A stretch of DNA of 64,000 bases from an uncultured Candidatus Rokubacteria bacterium (GCA_963771355.1 CAVYTA010000005.1:480001-544000); one strand, 5' to 3'; shown: positions 10,901 through 20,361, counted from the first letter of the stretch. Translations and numbers: made by a program. Notes: generated by a model not told the origin, from the sequence alone.

Positions 10901-12303
10901 CGGGCGGTACTGACGAGATCCGTCTGCACGGATGGTTCGCCGGCGGCGTGGACTACGCGTATCAGGTGGGCGAGGTTCGATTCGCGGATGGCACCGTCTG
11001 GGACCTGTCTCGCCTGCAGCAGATGGTCTTGCAAGGGACCCCGGGTGCCGACACCATCAATGGCTACGACACGTCCGACGTCATGAATGGCTTCGCGGGC
11101 AATGATCTCCTCTTCGCCTGGGGCGGCGATGACCGACTCGATGGCGGGGCGGGCGCGGACTGGATGCAGGGGGGTACGGGCAACGACACCTACGTCGTCG
11201 ACGAGGTGAGCGATGCGGTCTACGAGTCGCCGGGCCAGGGCAGCGATACCGTCGAGAGCACGATCAGCTACACGCTGGGAGCGAATCTCGAAAACCTGAG
11301 GCTGACCGGTGCGGCTCCCATCAACGGAGCCGGAAACGAGCTTGTCAACTCGCTCACGGGGAATGCCGCCGCAAACGTGCTCGACGGTGGACCGGGGGCG
11401 GATATCATGAGCGGCGGCAAGGGAAACGATACCTACGTGGTGGACAACACGGTGGACAAGGTCCTCGAGTCGTCCGGCCAGGGGGTCGATCGCGTAGTCT
11501 CCACGGTGAGGTACACCCTTCCCTCCAACGTCGAGAACCTGACGCTCTCGGGCTCCGCCGTGGTCGATGCCACCGGGAATTCGCTGAGCAATGTGCTGAT
11601 AGGGAACAGCGCCGCCAACACGCTCAGCGGAGCCGCGGGAGCGGACAGCATGTATGGCGGCGCGGGCAATGACACGTACGTTGTCGACAACGCCGGCGAC
11701 CTCGTAACCGAGCTGGTGGGGGAAGGAGTCGACTCGGTGAAGAGCTCGCGCACCTACGCGCTGACGGGCAATGTGGAGCACCTCATCCTGACCGGGACCG
11801 GAGCCATCAGCGGTACCGGAAACATCCTCGACAATTCGATCACCGGCAATACCGGAGCCAACACGCTGTCGGGAGGGGCCGGGTCGGACGTTCTCACCGG
11901 GGGAAGAGGAAGCGACACGTATCTATTCGGTCGCGGTAGTGGTGTCGATCGGATCGTGGAGAACGATGCGACGACGGGCAACTCGGATCGCGCCCTGCTC
12001 GAGGCCACCATTCGTCCCATCGACATCGTCCTCGACCGTAGTGGAGATAGCCTCCGCCTCGCCTTGTGGGGGAGCCCGGACACGCTGACGGTTCAAGACT
12101 GGTATCGCGGATCGGCGAACCGGGTCGAGACCATTCAGGCGGGAGACGGCCGCCGCCTGGCGTCGACCGGGGTGGACCAGCTGATCCAGGCGATGGCCGG
12201 CTTCAGCGGCAGCACGGGTCTGAGCTGGAGCGAGGCGGTGGAGCAACGGCCCGCGGAGGTGGAAGCCATCCTCAGCGCACACTGGCAGCCGGCGTCGATC
12301 TGA
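7987..12303 (+). CDS. RTX Ca-binding exoprotein: N-terminal lipase domain + FrpC-like self-processing module + RTX repeats
   Basis: ASRGTE, GHS118LGG, TFNA, D168, H220; [10 protein letters not shown]...[19 protein letters not shown]; many GGxGxD nonapeptides; C-terminal [12 protein letters not shown] secretion tail. Confidence 0.9.
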   Translation: MASNLEYAKLSAYVYSDGGPARPPLPQDWVPVMGSNGFPLQSWGPSGYYGAVFRNVVTGEYVLASRGTEISDPGDRAADWAMLKGQAPRAQLNDAEALLARAIEEGVPIASLTYTGHSLGGTLSQLLSTGSMRPAVTFNAAPARDLLPQLGRDPDRQYPIVDIVDPADPIASLGRHLGTRILLAADSFTLSPAMMALYLGSDRGGGGGFVTIAMEARAAHSIDSVARKLDAACSINPCPVILDLDGDGVETRSVQSASFFDHNADGFAEQTGWVGADDGLLVLDRNGNGRIDSGRELFGNHTLLASGMEAQNGFQALGALDTNGDGRVDSNDPAFTQLRIWRDGDGDGVSVPGELATLSASGVQSISTGYAEASAVDPQGNTHRQVGSFTRTNGTQSVATDVWFSAAPQHTIAKDWILLPPHIAELPVAPGFGTVRDLSQAMVRDSSGALEGLVRSFMSQTDPAQRATTLEQILFAWTGTTGVDPSSRGSLMDARRLAVLEAFAGRPFLNGFGPNPTEPAVPPLMEAYTEVRELVYAELMLQTHLKPLDALITYAWDPVTRSSRGDLAAVATALEARLAQDPAGGRALLGEFARAVRALDGEETLGYWAFRDRLAQRGGDLLWVMDSAGRPVVGGSGGGETLNGTNEADALQGGAGADTLAGRLNGDTLHGDAGADVLYGEDGDDHLVGGADDDQLYGGAGDDRLEGGIGNDDVSGENGNDTLVGGDGDDRLGGNDGDDVLHAGPGRDTLDGGRGSDVYVLGRSTGQATIKDNDWAFPATDVIRVETGITPKEVMAARDGVDLVLRVVGSPTELRLHWWFNEGFGYEYQVQRVEFTDGTVWTTDTLRDLVTRGTEGPDSITGFGTSDVLRGLGGDDTLAGAGGDDRLEGGTGKDTLYGESGNDTLLGGPGDDALDGGLDSDTYQFARGFGRDTIYDNDWWRPSLDRVVFEAGVTPADVTGTKDGSDLLLRLSGGTDEIRLHGWFAGGVDYAYQVGEVRFADGTVWDLSRLQQMVLQGTPGADTINGYDTSDVMNGFAGNDLLFAWGGDDRLDGGAGADWMQGGTGNDTYVVDEVSDAVYESPGQGSDTVESTISYTLGANLENLRLTGAAPINGAGNELVNSLTGNAAANVLDGGPGADIMSGGKGNDTYVVDNTVDKVLESSGQGVDRVVSTVRYTLPSNVENLTLSGSAVVDATGNSLSNVLIGNSAANTLSGAAGADSMYGGAGNDTYVVDNAGDLVTELVGEGVDSVKSSRTYALTGNVEHLILTGTGAISGTGNILDNSITGNTGANTLSGGAGSDVLTGGRGSDTYLFGRGSGVDRIVENDATTGNSDRALLEATIRPIDIVLDRSGDSLRLALWGSPDTLTVQDWYRGSANRVETIQAGDGRRLASTGVDQLIQAMAGFSGSTGLSWSEAVEQRPAEVEAILSAHWQPASI
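11182..11910 (+). repeat. three tandem 243-bp (81-aa) RTX beta-roll units inside the RTX gene
   Basis: NDTYVVD codons at 11182, 11425 and 11668; units are diverged at the DNA level. Confidence 0.8.
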
Positions 12304-12342
12304 GCCCAGCGGACCCCACGCGGCCGTGCAATCCAGGTTGGT

Positions 12343-14514
12343 ATGGACTCGGCTTCTGCCGATTCGAGCCTCTCCGAGAGCGGGGTGCTGGGCCTGGCCA
12401 CGATCGCCCGCTTTCACGGGGTGTCCGTGGACCTCGACGGTCTGCGGCGAGTGCTGGGGGCCTCGGGCGCCCACGTGACCTGCCGCCGCCTCGTTGCCGC
12501 CGCGCGCCGCATCGGTCTGAAGGCGCGTGAGGTCTCGGGAGGCTGGGAGCGGCTCGCTCGTGCGCCCCTCCCGGTGCTGGGAGCGCGCCGGGACGGGCGC
12601 TACGTCATCGTGCTCCGGGTGGACCAGACCCGGGCCCTTGTCCAGGCGCCGGGGACGACGGCGGCGGCCGTCGTGCCACGGGGCCAGTTCGAGGAGGAAT
12701 GGGCGAGGCGTTTCATCCTGCTCGCGAAGCCGAGACTCCCCGCGCCATACCAGGGCCGGTTCGGCCTCGCCTGGTTTGTCCCCTACGTCACACGATACCG
12801 TGGCCCCCTCTCCCAGGTCCTCGTCGCATCGCTGGTCCTGCAGCTCTTCGCCCTCCTCACTCCGCTCACCACCCAGGTGGTGATCGACAAGGTCCTCGTA
12901 CATCGGGGACTGGTCACGCTCGACGTCGTCGCCGCCGGCATGCTTCTCCTCCTCGCGTTCGAGGGCGTACTCGGCGGACTGCGTGCGTACCTCCTGGCGC
13001 ACACCACGAGCCGAATCGACGTGGACCTCGGGATGTGGGTGGTCCGACATACCCTGCGGCTTCCGCTTGCCTACTTCGAGGCGCGACGGGTTGGTGACAC
13101 AGTGGCCCGGATCCGAGAGCTCGAGAGCGTCCGCCACTTCTTGACCGGCCCGCCCCTGACCGCCATCGTCGACACCCTCTTTGCCGGAGTGTTCGTGGTC
13201 ATCATGCTCCTCTACAGCGTGTCCCTCACCGGGGTGGCGGTCGCCGCGCTCCCCGCCTATGCGGTGCTCTCGCTCGTGGTGACGCCGCTCTTGCGTCGGG
13301 CGGTGGAAGAGCGCGCTCAGCGGGGGGCCGAGTCCCACGCCTTTCTCGTGGAGTCGGTCCGGGGTATCGAAACGATCAAGGCGATGGCGGCGGAGCCTCT
13401 CCTCGAGCGCCGATGGGAGGAACACCTCGCGGGCCTCGTGCGCGCGAGTTTCCGAGCCGGGCAGCTCGGTCAAGTCGCCGGGCATATCGCCTCGACCCTC
13501 GGCAAGCTCACCGCGCTGGCCATACTGTGGATGGGCGCGCGCGCGGTCATGGAGGGCGAGCTGACGGTGGGGGAGCTCATCGCCTTCAACATGCTGGCCT
13601 CCCGCGTCACCGGTCCGGTGCTCCGGCTCGTCCAGCTTGGGCAGGAGCTGCAACAGGCTCGCGTGGCGGTCGAGCGCCTGGCGGATCTTCTGGAAGCGCC
13701 GACGGAGGTGCCGGCGTCCGGCTCCCAGCTGTCATCCGGTCGTGTCGAAGGGCGGATCCGGTTCGAAGCGGTCTCATTCTCCTATCGGGTGGGCCATCCG
13801 GATGCGTTACGCGAGCTGTCCTTCGCGATCGAGCCTGGCGAGGTGGTGGGGATCGTGGGCCCGTCGGGGTCGGGCAAGAGCACGGTGGGCAAGCTCCTCT
13901 CCCGCCTGCACGTGCCGCAACGCGGCCGAATCCTCGTGGATGGTCTCGACGTGGCGCATTGCCATCCCGCCTGGTTGCGTCGGCAGGTGGCGGTGGTGCC
14001 CCAGGAGACGACTCTCTTCACCGGTTCGGTGCGGGAGAACATAGCCTGGGCCGATCCCGGCCTGCCGCTGGACAGCGTGATCGGCGCGGCGAAGCTGGCG
14101 GGGGCACACGATTTCATCATGGGGCTTCCGGCAGGCTACGACGCAGCCGTGGGCGAGCACGGCGCCTTGCTGTCGGGAGGTCAGCGACAGCGGCTAGGCC
14201 TCGCCCGCGCCCTCGTCATGCGTCCGGCCATCCTGGTCCTTGACGAGGCCACCAGTGCCCTCGACTACGAATCCGAGCGCGCGATCGAGCGCAACTTGAG
14301 CGTCATCTGTCGCGGTCGGACCGTGCTCGTCATCACCCATCGCTTGAACCTCGTGCGGCGCGCGAACCGCGTTATCGTGCTCGAAGCGGGCGGTCTCCGC
14401 GAGCAGGGTAGCCCAAGCGAGCTGCTCGCCGCGGGCGGGTATTTCGCCGGGTGGGAGCGCGAGCAGCCGGAGCCGCTGCCGCTTCCGCTCCGCGCTCGAG
14501 GCAGTTCCGCGTGA
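12343..14514 (+). CDS. hlyB: type I secretion ABC transporter (HlyB family, C39-like domain)
   Basis: QVVIDKVLVHRG; Walker A GPSGSGKS; LSGGQRQR; LDEATSALD; the C39-like N-terminus lacks the catalytic Cys. Confidence 0.93.
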   Translation: MDSASADSSLSESGVLGLATIARFHGVSVDLDGLRRVLGASGAHVTCRRLVAAARRIGLKAREVSGGWERLARAPLPVLGARRDGRYVIVLRVDQTRALVQAPGTTAAAVVPRGQFEEEWARRFILLAKPRLPAPYQGRFGLAWFVPYVTRYRGPLSQVLVASLVLQLFALLTPLTTQVVIDKVLVHRGLVTLDVVAAGMLLLLAFEGVLGGLRAYLLAHTTSRIDVDLGMWVVRHTLRLPLAYFEARRVGDTVARIRELESVRHFLTGPPLTAIVDTLFAGVFVVIMLLYSVSLTGVAVAALPAYAVLSLVVTPLLRRAVEERAQRGAESHAFLVESVRGIETIKAMAAEPLLERRWEEHLAGLVRASFRAGQLGQVAGHIASTLGKLTALAILWMGARAVMEGELTVGELIAFNMLASRVTGPVLRLVQLGQELQQARVAVERLADLLEAPTEVPASGSQLSSGRVEGRIRFEAVSFSYRVGHPDALRELSFAIEPGEVVGIVGPSGSGKSTVGKLLSRLHVPQRGRILVDGLDVAHCHPAWLRRQVAVVPQETTLFTGSVRENIAWADPGLPLDSVIGAAKLAGAHDFIMGLPAGYDAAVGEHGALLSGGQRQRLGLARALVMRPAILVLDEATSALDYESERAIERNLSVICRGRTVLVITHRLNLVRRANRVIVLEAGGLREQGSPSELLAAGGYFAGWEREQPEPLPLPLRARGSSA

Positions 14515-15836
14515 ATCGCCGCTATCGGATCGATCCTGACGATCTCGAATTCTTGCCGCCCGCCGCCGAGACCCGGGAGCGGCCCCCTTCTCGCCTGGGC
14601 GTCCTCCTTGGGCTGGTGATCGTGCTCGTCTTCGTGGGAGCCATCGTCTGGGCGTACCTCGGAACGGTGGACGTGATCGCGGTAGCTCGGGGACGACTGA
14701 TCCCTAGAGACCGCACGCAGGTGGTGCAGGCTGTCGATCCGGGGGTGATCCGCCGAATTCACGTTCGTGAAGGCGCCACCGTCCGCAAAGGGCAGGCGCT
14801 CGTCGAGCTCGATCCCACCACCAGCGACGCCGAGGGAACGCGACTGGAGCACGAGCTTCTCGATGCGCGGCTGAACGCCGCTCGTCTGCATGCGCTCCTC
14901 GCCGGGGCGGCGAGCCTTTCGCCTCCGCCGGCCGCGCCAGTCGAGGCGGTGATCCTTCAACGCCGGCTGCTCGAGGACCAGCGGTCCGAGCATCAGCGGC
15001 GGCTCGTGGCCGCGGGGCTCGCGACCGAGCAGCGGTCCGCGGCGGTGGCGGCGACGGCCGCGAACGTGGAACGGCTCCAGACCGTCGTGGCCATCCAGAC
15101 GCAGCGGGCGGCGGCTTTCCGGGCATTGCTCGACCAGCAGTTCGTCGCCACGCTCCAGTTTCTCGAAGTCGAGGAGCGCCGAGTGGACAAGGTCCAGGAG
15201 CTTGCAATCGAACGGAGGCGGCTCGAGCAGGAGCACGCCGCCCTCGCGGAAGCGGTGGCCCGCCACGAGGTCATCGACGCCGAGTTCCGAAGCGCACGGC
15301 TCGCCGAGCTCGCGAGCTGGGTTGCTCGCGCGGGCTCGCTCGCCCAGGAGCTGGTCAAGGCCGTCCGCCGCCGCTCGATGCAAAGGCTGTCGTCGCCGGC
15401 GGATGGGGTGGTGCAGCAGCTCGTCGTGCACACCATCGGAGGCGTGGTGGCCGCCGGCCAGCAACTCATGCTGATCGTGCCGGTGGAGGGAGGGCTGGAG
15501 GTCGAGGCGTGGGTGGACAACAAGGACGCGGGCTTCGTGCGAGCCGGTCAGCCGGTTGCGCTGAAGATCGAAACGTTTCCCTTCACGCGATACGGTACTG
15601 TCCCGGGGTCGGTGGTGGCGATCTCCGCGGACGCGGTGTCGGTGGAGCGCGTGGGCTCCGTCTACCTCGCGCGCATCGCGCTGGAGCGCGACGCGGTGGA
15701 TGTGGATGGCGAGATGATCGCGCTCGCGCCCGGGATGAGCGCCGCGGCCGAGATTCAGATCGGCCGCCGCCGCGTCATCGAGTACTTCCTGAGCCCGCTC
15801 CTGCGCCGGAGCTATGAGGCGCTCCGCGAGCGGTGA
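14511..15836 (+). CDS. hlyD: type I secretion membrane fusion protein (HlyD family)
   Basis: EFLPPA, TM, coiled coil, FPFTRYG, PGM..AEIQIGRRRVIEYFLSP; GTG start overlaps the hlyB stop. Confidence 0.93.
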   Translation: MNRRYRIDPDDLEFLPPAAETRERPPSRLGVLLGLVIVLVFVGAIVWAYLGTVDVIAVARGRLIPRDRTQVVQAVDPGVIRRIHVREGATVRKGQALVELDPTTSDAEGTRLEHELLDARLNAARLHALLAGAASLSPPPAAPVEAVILQRRLLEDQRSEHQRRLVAAGLATEQRSAAVAATAANVERLQTVVAIQTQRAAAFRALLDQQFVATLQFLEVEERRVDKVQELAIERRRLEQEHAALAEAVARHEVIDAEFRSARLAELASWVARAGSLAQELVKAVRRRSMQRLSSPADGVVQQLVVHTIGGVVAAGQQLMLIVPVEGGLEVEAWVDNKDAGFVRAGQPVALKIETFPFTRYGTVPGSVVAISADAVSVERVGSVYLARIALERDAVDVDGEMIALAPGMSAAAEIQIGRRRVIEYFLSPLLRRSYEALRER

Positions 15837-15851
15837 GGCGGGGGAGCGGGG

Positions 15852-16232
15852 CTACGGCGCCCCGTTGAAGTTGGAGACCACGGACTGCACGGTGGCCCGG
15901 TAGGCCGCCCCCGGGGTATTCGGGCGCGCCTCCCAGTAGACGCGGCCGCTGGCGAAGTCCTCGTCCACGTAGACGAGCTGCTGGGCGATGGGCTGGCCCG
16001 CGGCATCGAGCGTTTCCAGGAGGAGGCGCGGGCGGCCGCCGCGGCGCCCGCTGAGGCTATAGACATAGCCCCAGACGGTGGGGCGCCCCTTACGATCCGT
16101 GCCGGGGGTGGTTTCCACGCGGAAGTACTGGTCGGTGGTGGTGGTCATGGCGCCGCCCTGGGCGTGGGCGCGGCGCGGCCACGCCAGCACCACCAGGGCG
16201 GTCAGGACGCCGACGAGCGCGCGGCGGGTCAC
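15852..16232 (-). CDS. small exported Ig-like (FxLYD-like) protein, paralog 1
   Basis: TRRAL signal...AHA; QYFRV...WGYVY...LLLETLDAAG...YVD. Confidence 0.75.
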   Translation of the reverse strand: MTRRALVGVLTALVVLAWPRRAHAQGGAMTTTTDQYFRVETTPGTDRKGRPTVWGYVYSLSGRRGGRPRLLLETLDAAGQPIAQQLVYVDEDFASGRVYWEARPNTPGAAYRATVQSVVSNFNGAP

Positions 16233-16647
16233 GCCATTAGTTGCCCGGCGCCGCCGCCGGTCCGGGTCCAGTCGCCGGAGTGGATCGTCACCCGGTAGCT
16301 CGCGCCCGGCTTCTTGGGTCGCACCCAGAAGTAGGTGCGGCCGTCGAACGGCACGTCGCTGTCCACGTGGGCGATCTCCTGGGCGATGGGCTGCCCCGCG
16401 AGCGTCGAGCGACTCCACCAGCAGGCGCACGCGCGCGGCGCCCAGTCCGCTGGAGTTGAGATAGACATAGCCCGAGACGACGGGGCGCCCGCTGCGGTCC
16501 GTGCTGGGCGAGGCGTCGATGCGGAAGTAGCTGCGCCGCGTTCTGCGGGGTGATGCCCTGGGCCTGGGCGTGGCCGGCCCAGCCGGCGAGGAGGAGGGCC
16601 GGCAGCAGGCCGAGCAGGGCGCGGCGGGGGAGGGTCACGGAGCGCAT
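16229..16647 (-). CDS. small exported FxLYD-like protein, paralog 2 (two +1 frameshifts, near 16530 and 16401)
   Basis: Removing two bases gives PRRALL...QYFRID...SGYVY...VRLLVESLDAAGQPIAQEIAHVD...RTYF...SYRVTIHSGDW. Confidence 0.7.
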
Positions 16648-16659
16648 GGTGTGGATGGC

Positions 16660-17049
16660 CTAGAACCCGCCGAGGCGGGTCCAGTCGCCGGAGTGCATCG
16701 TCACGCGGTAGCTCGGGCCCGGCTGGTTCACCCGGGTCTCGAAATAGGCGCGGTTGTAGATGGGGATGTCCTCGTCCACGTAGGCGAGCTGGGAGGCGAC
16801 CGGCTTGCCGGAGGCGTCAAGCGTCTCGATCAGCAGGCGCATCCGGGCATTGCCCTTGCCGCGCGTGTTGTAGACGTAGCCCCAGATGATGTCCCGCCCC
16901 TTCTTGTCCTTGTCGGGGTGGGATTCCAGCCGGAAGTACTGCGGCGCGGTTTCCGCCGTGATGGTCTGCGCTCCCGCCGGGCGGGGGAGGCCCGGCAGGA
17001 GCGGCAGGAGTGGGGTCAGGGCGAGGCCCAGCAGCGCCCGGCGCCTCAC
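16660..17049 (-). CDS. small exported FxLYD-like protein, paralog 3
   Basis: RRRALL signal; QYFRL...WGYVYN...ETLDASG...YVD...RAYF. Confidence 0.8.
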   Translation of the reverse strand: MRRRALLGLALTPLLPLLPGLPRPAGAQTITAETAPQYFRLESHPDKDKKGRDIIWGYVYNTRGKGNARMRLLIETLDASGKPVASQLAYVDEDIPIYNRAYFETRVNQPGPSYRVTMHSGDWTRLGGF

Positions 17050-17444
17050 CGGTTGAACCGGACGAAGTCACCACGGTTCTGGTCGATCCAGTCGTACCAG
17101 ATCACATAGGTCTTGTAGGACGCGCCGACGGTGCGCACGGGATAGGCGAAATAGGCTCGGCCCTGCATCGGGACCACGCTGTCCACGTAGCCCGTGGTGG
17201 TCCCGATCACCTTGCCGCCGGCGTCGAGGGTATCCGTCTCGAGGCGCACCTTGGCATTGCTGTAGTGGAGGTTGTAGACATAGCCGCTGATCACGGTTCG
17301 GTTGCCCTTATTGACGGGCTCGGCGTCGACCCGGAAGAACTGATCGGTGGCCCAGCGCTCGGCGGCCGGCGCGGGGGTGATTCCCAGCCCGGTGGCCAGC
17401 ACCACCGCCAGCGAAACCCCCAACGCCCCAAGGTATCGGCTCAT
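17046..17444 (-). CDS. small exported FxLYD-like protein, paralog 4
   Basis: Sec-type signal; QFFRV...SGYVYN...DTLDAGG...YVD...RAYF; RBS GAGGAG. Confidence 0.8.
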   Translation of the reverse strand: MSRYLGALGVSLAVVLATGLGITPAPAAERWATDQFFRVDAEPVNKGNRTVISGYVYNLHYSNAKVRLETDTLDAGGKVIGTTTGYVDSVVPMQGRAYFAYPVRTVGASYKTYVIWYDWIDQNRGDFVRFNR

Positions 17445-17517
17445 CGCGAGTCTCCTCTCGGAAGGGCCACGGGACCCCCTGTTAACCATAAGACGCTCGG
17501 GAGAGGGCGCGCGTTCC

Positions 17518-17539
17518 CCGGGGGAGAGATTCCCCCCGG
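17518..17539. terminator. GC-rich hairpin downstream of the PhoU-like gene
   Basis: CCGGGGGA...TCCCCCCGG inverted repeat with no U-tract. Confidence 0.3.
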
Positions 17540-17561
17540 TCCGAGCCGGGGGGGGGTCGGG

Positions 17562-18176
17562 TCAGCGGGCCTGGGCCTGGCCCGGGGTGGCGAGGCGGGT
17601 GGCGGCCACCCGGTGGGCAATCTGCCGGCAGTGCCGGGTCACCTCTCGGAGTGAGTCGAGGATGGCCAGGTAGGCGCTCGACGCCTGGGGCTGGCACACC
17701 CCCTCGATCAGCCGGGCCTCATGGGCCTCGGCGTAGCTGCTGGCGACCTCCTGGAAGCGCATGCTCTCGAGCTCCACGTGGCGGGCCAGCACCTGATTGC
17801 CCGTGCGGGTCAGGTCCCGCGCGCATTCGAGGAGCCCATGGGCCCGGTCGAAGAGGTTTCGCACCTCCTGGATACCGCCGTCGGTGAAGGGGGTGGCCTC
17901 GGCCTCCATTTCGCGGAGGCTCCGGATCACGCCCTCCAGGGCGTCGCCGATCCGCTCCACGTGGGACGGGATGAATCGGAGGGGCGCCGTCTCGGCCGGC
18001 CCCCCGAGGAGCCCCTCGGTCAGCTCGGTCTCCCGCTTGTGGATGCTGCGCCCCAGCACCGCGGCCGAGTCCAGGCCGGACGGGTCCTGGTGAATGAAGG
18101 CGGCATGGGTCAGGGTCAGCATCTCGAGGGCATCCTGGAAGATGGGGTAGAGCAGGTCGGCGGTCGGGTTGAGCAT
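17562..18176 (-). CDS. stand-alone PhoU-like domain protein (resembles the cytoplasmic tail of Na/Pi cotransporters)
   Basis: HVERIGD...PFT......HEARLIEGVC.P.AS..YL.ILD helical pattern. Confidence 0.7.
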   Translation of the reverse strand: MLNPTADLLYPIFQDALEMLTLTHAAFIHQDPSGLDSAAVLGRSIHKRETELTEGLLGGPAETAPLRFIPSHVERIGDALEGVIRSLREMEAEATPFTDGGIQEVRNLFDRAHGLLECARDLTRTGNQVLARHVELESMRFQEVASSYAEAHEARLIEGVCQPQASSAYLAILDSLREVTRHCRQIAHRVAATRLATPGQAQAR

Positions 18177-18343
18177 GACCGGGGCCTCCCATATAGGTGT
18201 CGCGATCTCGAAGGATGCGGCGGGGTCTCGACCATGTTAGCCGCCCCGGCATCGGCGATCAAGGGGTGTGACCGCCCGCGCACACTTTTGTCCGGCGCGA
18301 CCCAGACACCCCCCGTATAGAGCCCCTCGGCGTCTCAAGGCCG

Positions 18344-18373
18344 TTGACGCGTCCCGCGCGCTTCGCATAGCAT
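18344..18373 (+). promoter_or_regulatory. putative sigma70 promoter of fbp-fbaB
   Basis: TTGACG-18 nt-TAGCAT. Confidence 0.5.
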
Positions 18374-18388
18374 CGGGGTGGAGACGCC

Positions 18389-19375
18389 GTGACACTCGCC
18401 GAACATCTCGCCGCGCAACGGAGCGCCGTTCCCCAGTATGCGAGCGGTGCGTCGGCCATCATTCAGGCCATCGGATGGGTGGCCCGCGACATCGCGCGCG
18501 CGCTGGCCTATGCGGCCATCCGCGGCGACACCGGGAAGACCGGCGCGCGGAACACCACCGGCGACGAGCAGAAGCCACTCGATCTCTGGTCGCATGACGT
18601 CATGGCGGGCGCGCTCCGCGGTTCGCGTGCCTGCTCCGCGTACGTCTCCGAGGAGGCCGCCGAGCCGATCGAGATGCCGGAAGGCGCGGGCCTGCAGGGC
18701 ATCGTGGTCTGCTGCGATCCCGTGGACGGCTCGTCGAACCTCGATGTCGGCGGCGCGGTGGGCACCATCTTCTCGCTGCGCCCCGCGGGCCGGCGCGACC
18801 CCGCGGGCCCGGCCGCGCTGGGGCCGGTGGACAACCAGGTGGGCGCGGGCTACGTGCTCTACGGCCCCGCCACCGTGCTGGTCTACAGCGTGGGCGCCGG
18901 CACCCACGGCTTCACGCTCGACCGCGAGCGCGGGGAGTTCGTCCTCACGCATCCCGACATCCACGTGCCGAAGAAGGGCAAGACCTACGGCATCAACGAG
19001 GGGAATTTCACCACCTGGCATCCGGGGCAGCGCGCCTTCGTCGAGCATCTCCGCACCCCCGACAAGGGCACTGGGCGGCCCTACGCGCTCCGCTACTCGG
19101 GGGCCATGGTGGCGGACGTGCACCGCACGTTCCTCGACGGCGGCATCTTCATGTATCCCGCGGACATGTCCGATCCCGCCAAGCCCAAGCCCAAGCTCCG
19201 GCTCCTCTACGAGGTCGCGCCCATGGCGTTCCTGGCCGAGCAGGCCGGCGGGCGCGCGAGCACGGGCACGGAGCGGGTGCTGGAGCTCACCGCGAAGGAA
19301 TACCATCAGCGCGCGGCCATCCTGATCGGGAGCGCCGAGGACGTCACGCTCGCCGAATCGTTCTATCGCAGGTAA
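18389..19375 (+). CDS. fbp: class I fructose-1,6-bisphosphatase
   Basis: SEE, DPVDGSSN, RYSGAMVADVHR, KLRLLYE. Confidence 0.95.
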   Translation: MTLAEHLAAQRSAVPQYASGASAIIQAIGWVARDIARALAYAAIRGDTGKTGARNTTGDEQKPLDLWSHDVMAGALRGSRACSAYVSEEAAEPIEMPEGAGLQGIVVCCDPVDGSSNLDVGGAVGTIFSLRPAGRRDPAGPAALGPVDNQVGAGYVLYGPATVLVYSVGAGTHGFTLDRERGEFVLTHPDIHVPKKGKTYGINEGNFTTWHPGQRAFVEHLRTPDKGTGRPYALRYSGAMVADVHRTFLDGGIFMYPADMSDPAKPKPKLRLLYEVAPMAFLAEQAGGRASTGTERVLELTAKEYHQRAAILIGSAEDVTLAESFYRR

Positions 19376-19376
19376 G

Positions 19377-19421
19377 CTGACTCCACCCAGACTGACTCCA
19401 TCCAGACTGAGTCTATCCAGA
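19377..19421. repeat. three tandem 15-bp units between fbp and fbaB
   Basis: CTGACTCCACCCAGA / CTGACTCCATCCAGA / CTGAGTCTATCCAGA. Confidence 0.85.
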
Positions 19422-19434
19422 AAGGACGGGCCCC

Positions 19435-20361
19435 ATGTCGAAGCGCGTGAAGGAGATTCTGAGCTGGTATTCGAGCGACAGCCCCGGGACCCGGACCAAC
19501 CTGGCCCGCCTGCTCAACCACGGTCGCCTGGCCGGCAGCGGCCGGCTCGTCATCCTGCCCGTGGACCAGGGCTTCGAGCATGGCCCCGCGCGGTCCTTCG
19601 CGGTGAACCCGGCCGGCTATGATCCGTCCTATCACTTCCAGCTCGCCATCGACGCCGGCTGCAACGCCTACGCGGCGCCGCTGGGCTTCCTCGAGGCGGG
19701 CGCGGCGGAGTTCGCGGGGGAGATCCCCCTCATCCTCAAGATGAACAACCACGACGTCCTCCACGACGAGAAGGACCCACTGTCCGCGGTGACCGCCTCG
19801 GTGAAGGACGCCCTCCGGCTGGGCGCGGTAGCCGTCGGCTTCACCATCTATCCCGGCTCGACCGCGGCCCAGGTCATGTACCAGCAGTGCCGCGAGATGA
19901 TTCTCGAGGCCAAGTCCCACGGCCTCGCCGCGGTGGTGTGGTCCTACCCGCGCGGCAGCGACATCTCCAAGGCGGGCGAGACGGGGCTGGACGTGGTGGC
20001 CTACGCGGCGCAGATCGCCGCCCAGCTCGGGGCGCACGTGATCAAGGTGAAGCCGCCCACGGAGCACATCGAGCAGGCCGAGGCTAAGAAGGCCTACGAA
20101 AAGGCGGGCGTGCCGATGGGCACCTTGGCCGAGCGCGTGCGTCACGTCGTGCAGTCGGCCTTCGACGGCCGGCGCATCGTGATCTTCTCCGGCGGCGCCA
20201 CCAAGGAGGACGACGAGGCGCTCTTCACGGAGTATCGCGGCATCCGGGACGGCGGCGGGTTCGGCTCCATCATCGGCCGCAACTCCTTCCAGCGGCCGCG
20301 CGACCGCGCGCTCAAGTTCCTGGACACCGTGATGAAGATCTATGCGGGCGAGCTGAAGTAG
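19435..20361 (+). CDS. fbaB: class I fructose-bisphosphate aldolase (DhnA type)
   Basis: ILPVDQGFEHGP, WSYPRG, IKVK (Schiff-base Lys), GRNSFQR. Confidence 0.93.
   Translation: MSKRVKEILSWYSSDSPGTRTNLARLLNHGRLAGSGRLVILPVDQGFEHGPARSFAVNPAGYDPSYHFQLAIDAGCNAYAAPLGFLEAGAAEFAGEIPLILKMNNHDVLHDEKDPLSAVTASVKDALRLGAVAVGFTIYPGSTAAQVMYQQCREMILEAKSHGLAAVVWSYPRGSDISKAGETGLDVVAYAAQIAAQLGAHVIKVKPPTEHIEQAEAKKAYEKAGVPMGTLAERVRHVVQSAFDGRRIVIFSGGATKEDDEALFTEYRGIRDGGGFGSIIGRNSFQRPRDRALKFLDTVMKIYAGELK

Noticed and set aside
11182..11910. DGR template/variable repeat or assembly duplication in the RTX gene
   Set aside because: The units differ widely at synonymous sites, there is no adenine-specific pattern I can see and no reverse transcriptase; these are ordinary RTX repeats.
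12343..12750. Bacteriocin-processing C39 peptidase
   Set aside because: The catalytic Cys is absent (ESGVLGL), so this is a C39-like domain typical of RTX exporters.
18389..20361. Calvin-cycle (cbb) cluster
   Set aside because: No RuBisCO, phosphoribulokinase or transketolase is nearby; gluconeogenesis explains the pair.
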